Shown: positions 61,201 through 64,000 of the stretch, one piece after another | How positions within the stretch are numbered: the stretch's first letter is position 1 | How the letters are laid out: every line of letters begins with the position of its first letter | Assembly (NCBI GenBank): GCA_000708835.1 | Contig: DF237183.1 | Coordinates: 1 to 64,000, forward strand | Origin: Klebsormidium nitens | Lineage: Eukaryota > Plantae > Klebsormidiophyceae | DNA: 64,000 nucleotides | Reading direction: 5' to 3' | Program-made: the position numbers and the translations under genes | Notes under the pieces: model-generated | The model's database searches: none | Told to the model about the DNA's origin: nothing | What the model saw: the letters and a program-made list of their open reading frames with translations, nothing else

Positions 61201-62710
61201 ATCCGGACATCATCGAACGGTGCCTTCCAGTAACGTCTTGGGACTTGCGCCAGCATTGCATGCGTCAAGAAAAGCCGGTGGCATGCATGAATGAATGAAT
61301 CAATCATGAATGACAAAGCCGTCTCTCCACAAAGCAAAGCGAAGACGTGTGGGGAGGGCAAAATTCCAAAATTTTGGTATGGAAGATCAACTCTATAAAC
61401 AAGCTAGCCCACGTGCTGTATCATATCATCATCTTGCGCGCCCTTCTGTCTGTGCCGGTGCTTTCAATATTAACGAGGGCCTGGAGCTGCGCTCAGCACC
61501 ATTCCTTACGTCATCTGCCGTCACTCTTCTCTCGCTCTGCAGGGCATTGTGAAGCTGACGGCCGGCCTGGAGCTGAGCTAGTCTTTGATCTTTTAGATCT
61601 GTGTTGAAGTTCAGGTCTTCTCGTTATTGGAAGAAAGTGCCCATCAGAAGATGATCTTACGTCACACCCTAATCTGCCCCTCATCTGACGTCATTTTCCT
61701 CTCGTTCCGCAGGGCATCCTGAAGGTAACCGCTGGCCTGGAGCTGAGCTTCACGCTGACGGCCAAGGGCAGCGAGGACGGCGAAGAGGTCGACGAGCTGC
61801 ACACGTTCAAGTTCAGCAACCTGCTGGTCATCCCGTCCTTCATCGGGCTGTTCAACATGCTGGGCGTCGTGGCGGGCTTTGCGCGCGTGTTCATGAGCGG
61901 CGGCGGCAGCGGCAGCAAGGAGTGGGGCAAGCTCTTTGGGAAGCTGTGCTTCTCCTTCTGGGTGCTCATCCACATGTACCCCTTCGCCAAGGTGAGCGGC
62001 CCCAAACATGCACGGTCTGGACTCTTCGTTTTGAAGGTTTGATTTTAGACGGGTCGCAGATTTCTGATATCGAGATTTTGGTCTCCGCTTGTCGGTTTTG
62101 ACGAGGAGCCTACTGGGGTTGGAGGAGGCCTCTCGTGACTCAGGCTAGCAAGCCTTTGCGAAACATCTTCCAAGAGTGTTGTGCAAAAGGTTTGCGTCGA
62201 CCCCCTGTTTGACGTGAAGTCAGAAGTAGCTGGTAGGAACTGTCTGCTTGAGACTCGATTGGCGCCTGCTGAAATGGAGTGGGCTTCATTAGCACAGAAG
62301 TCCACAACGGCGATGGCTCCGTGCCTACCCGATGCTTTCGGCCGGAACTACGGCGGCTTTCCGGAGGGCTAACCTAAAAGTTAGCTGGCGGGTTTCGTCT
62401 TGACTTCGGTCTGCATCGGGGTGGACAATCACTTGTATGTCCTCCTGAAAGTTTTGCAGACATAGCAGTTGTTTCAAGAGGTTGACCTGGAGTCGCGGAA
62501 CGGAATAGTTGTAATTTTATAACCCAGTATCGGGAGCTGGGGTGCATCAGGAACCCTGCTTTCGAGACTCGAAGGGCTGACGCGTGTGGCCATGTTTCGC
62601 AGGGCATGATGGGCAAGCGCGACCGGCTGCCGACCATCGTGATCGTGTGGACGGTGCTCATCGTGGTGACGGTCTCGCTCGTGTGGAGCGCGTTCTTCGG
62701 AGGGTATTAG
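49280..62710 (+). CDS. CESA: Cellulose synthase, CESA/CSLD-like GT2 with N-terminal RING zinc finger; 24 coding exons, ~1166 aa
   Basis: Exons 49280-49390, 49684-49868, 50262-50410, 50831-51024, 51492-51684, 52459-52614, 53090-53180, 53480-53548, 53911-54024, 54403-54486, 54903-55112, 55468-55597, 55988-56125, 56432-56650, 57185-57307, 57720-57791, 58052-58223, 58577-58683, 59006-59194, 59756-59895, 60285-60387, 60880-61044, 61713-61991, 62603-62710; frame continuous. Motifs: [44 protein letters not shown] ([27 protein letters not shown]), [55 protein letters not shown]. The first four exons are low-complexity and less certain. Confidence 0.93.
52119..52357 (+). repeat. Diverged ~137-bp tandem array whose third unit ends in the real CESA exon-6 acceptor
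   Basis: cgcag|ggctggcgatgcgggcgtagtaccacgaagaa (52185), cgcag|agctggcgatgcaggcgtactcccacgaggaa (52323), real cgcag|ggctggcgatgcaggagtactaccacgaggag (52459). Upstream flanks aagcatctc.acca..gaaag are also repeated. Confidence 0.9.
57358..57393. repeat. 12-bp tandem repeat x3 in a CESA intron
   Basis: gagtctcttcaa gagtatcttcag gagtctcttcag. Confidence 0.8.
58234..58256 (+). repeat. Telomere-like (TTTTTAGGG) doublet at the 5' end of a CESA intron
   Basis: ggggtttttaggggtttttaggg, ~10 nt after the donor at 58224. Confidence 0.5.
60028..60195 (+). repeat. Two intronic copies of the CESA QVLRW-exon 3' end plus donor
   Basis: 60028-60068 is identical over 41 nt to 59870-59910 (gagctcatgctgcgccagcgcatcgc|gtgagccccgccgcc). 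A degenerate copy starts at 60150 with the donor GT changed to AT. Confidence 0.93.
61511..61581 (+). repeat. Intronic copy of the CESA exon-23 acceptor plus 12 codons, ending in TAG
   Basis: tcatctgccgtcactcttctctcgctctgcag|ggcattgtgaagctgacggccggcctggagctgagctag vs real tcatctgacgtcattttcctctcgttccgcag|ggcatcctgaaggtaaccgctggcctggagctgagcttc (61713); offset 170. An extra fragment gggcctggagctgcgc lies near 61477. Confidence 0.9.
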
Positions 62711-63677
62711 GAGGCGCACTCGGGCCGCGCGTTCCTTTTTGTGGCTGGTAGCGAGAGCAAAAGGTGCTGGCTCATTTGTTCGTAGCGTAGTTCTAAAATT
62801 AGTTGCGAGACTGACCTGATCATTTGTTGGGCACACGCAGAATGCTGTTGATAGCTCTACATTTGAGTGTAGATTGAAGGAAGGATGCTGAGCGAAGTTG
62901 CTTCTTGAACGGGGCTCAGAGTGTGCATAGCGCATTCAGCCCCCTGAAGCTAAGGTGTTGTGGACCTCCAAATCGCCCGCGCGCACTTTTTTTGTGCCAA
63001 TGTTTGAATGCAGACCTAGTACGTTGGCAGGTTGAATTCAATATACGATGCTGAGTTTATGCTGGAGAACTTCGCAACCCCTTCGCAACTCGTAACCGAC
63101 TATGACAATTATGAAAATATGAAGGCCCGATGATACCGAAATCGAATGTGCAGTCACTTGCATCTTTCCACCTTCAAGACCATTGAAAGGGAATTGAAAG
63201 AAAGATGGTTGCAACTCGTTGGTCATTGAAAAGTCAGGCTCACAGCTGTTTAACAACAGATGGAGAAAGTCATTAGTAGTCATCATTGCCCGTAATACAT
63301 CATACGTCACCCTCTGCAATTCAAGATCGATGGATCTTTCAAAGCAGATGATGATCGAGCTAGATATCCAAGCACCATTCTCTGGAGGCTTCATCAGACT
63401 TTCCTTGTCCGTTCCATTTAAGAACAGGTCAAGAAAGGCCCTTGTCATCACGGGCATCACACATCCATGCGAAATCTCAAAATATGCAGAGCATATGGAG
63501 GCGCGCAACCAGTGCCAAGCGAAGCTTCTTGACAAGGAAGAGGACACCAATGTGTGCAATGCATCTGGCACTTCGGTCTATGCTTGGCTCGGAATTAGTC
63601 GAGTCGGAGCTTGTTCTGCGCCCGATCGGTGGCCGCGGGCACCCATCTAGTATGATCTACAGCCTGCTAACCTGCAG

Positions 63678-63704
63678 TAGGAACCTACGGTATATAGGTT
63701 CCTA
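63678..63704. repeat. Hairpin with 10-bp stem
   Basis: taggaaccta-cggtata-taggttccta, followed by gctag. Confidence 0.8.
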
Positions 63705-64000
63705 GCTAGGGCGTCCCGACTGCCCCCACGTGGCTCTTCGACTGAACACTCGTCGGGTACGTGTGTTCTTTGTCATCATCTTGAAAGCTAGTTGAAGCAA
63801 CGTGTCGCTTCTCGCGGGCTTCTCGCTGCATGACGCGCTGCTGAACTTCCCGAGTTGTGACCCAAAAATATTGGTTTGTGGGCGACGGACGGAGGGGAGC
63901 CTCGGCTAGGTGGTCGCTTAGACGAGCGGTCCTCCCATGCACACTCGTGAGTATCACAGGCCCGGCGGCTCGGGTCAAGTTTTGCGCCGACGGATTCGCA

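Noticed and set aside
63038-63978. ORFs of 177, 143 and 90 aa after CESA
   Set aside because: No recognisable domain or exon-like codon bias. A gene continuing beyond the window cannot be excluded.
1-64000. Transposase/RT genes, rRNA, tRNA
   Set aside because: No motifs or cloverleaf structures were recognised in the ORF track or sequence.

Overview
This is intron-rich eukaryotic nuclear DNA, most consistent with a streptophyte green alga such as Klebsormidium. That is an inference from the land-plant-type gene set, GC3-rich short exons and GT-AG introns of about 0.2-1.3 kb. Six complete spliced genes were reconstructed by hand, with reading frame checked across every junction. (1) Type-I K+-stimulated H+-pyrophosphatase (+, 1256-8116). 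(2) DUF604/fringe-like glycosyltransferase (-, 15645-9612). (3) RGG/HABP4-type RNA-binding protein (+, 17507-22273). (4) CHASE-domain hybrid histidine kinase (-, 33415-23876). (5) COBRA-like GPI-anchored protein with three tandem copies of the COBL7-type N-terminal domain (-, 46523-34976). (6) CESA/CSLD-like cellulose synthase (+, 49280-62710), head-to-head with the COBL gene. The most unusual signal is a recurring set of 'exon-edge echoes': decayed tandem copies of splice junctions (splice site plus 25-55 nt of exon) in introns, at successive spacings of mostly 108-170 bp from the real junction. They occur at 8 loci, all in the three glycan/cell-wall genes. Other leads are the CESA-COBL divergent pair, the triplicated COBL module, a CHASE pocket lacking canonical cytokinin-contact residues, and TGACGTCA enrichment at intron ends. 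No transposase, rRNA, tRNA or CRISPR array was recognised.
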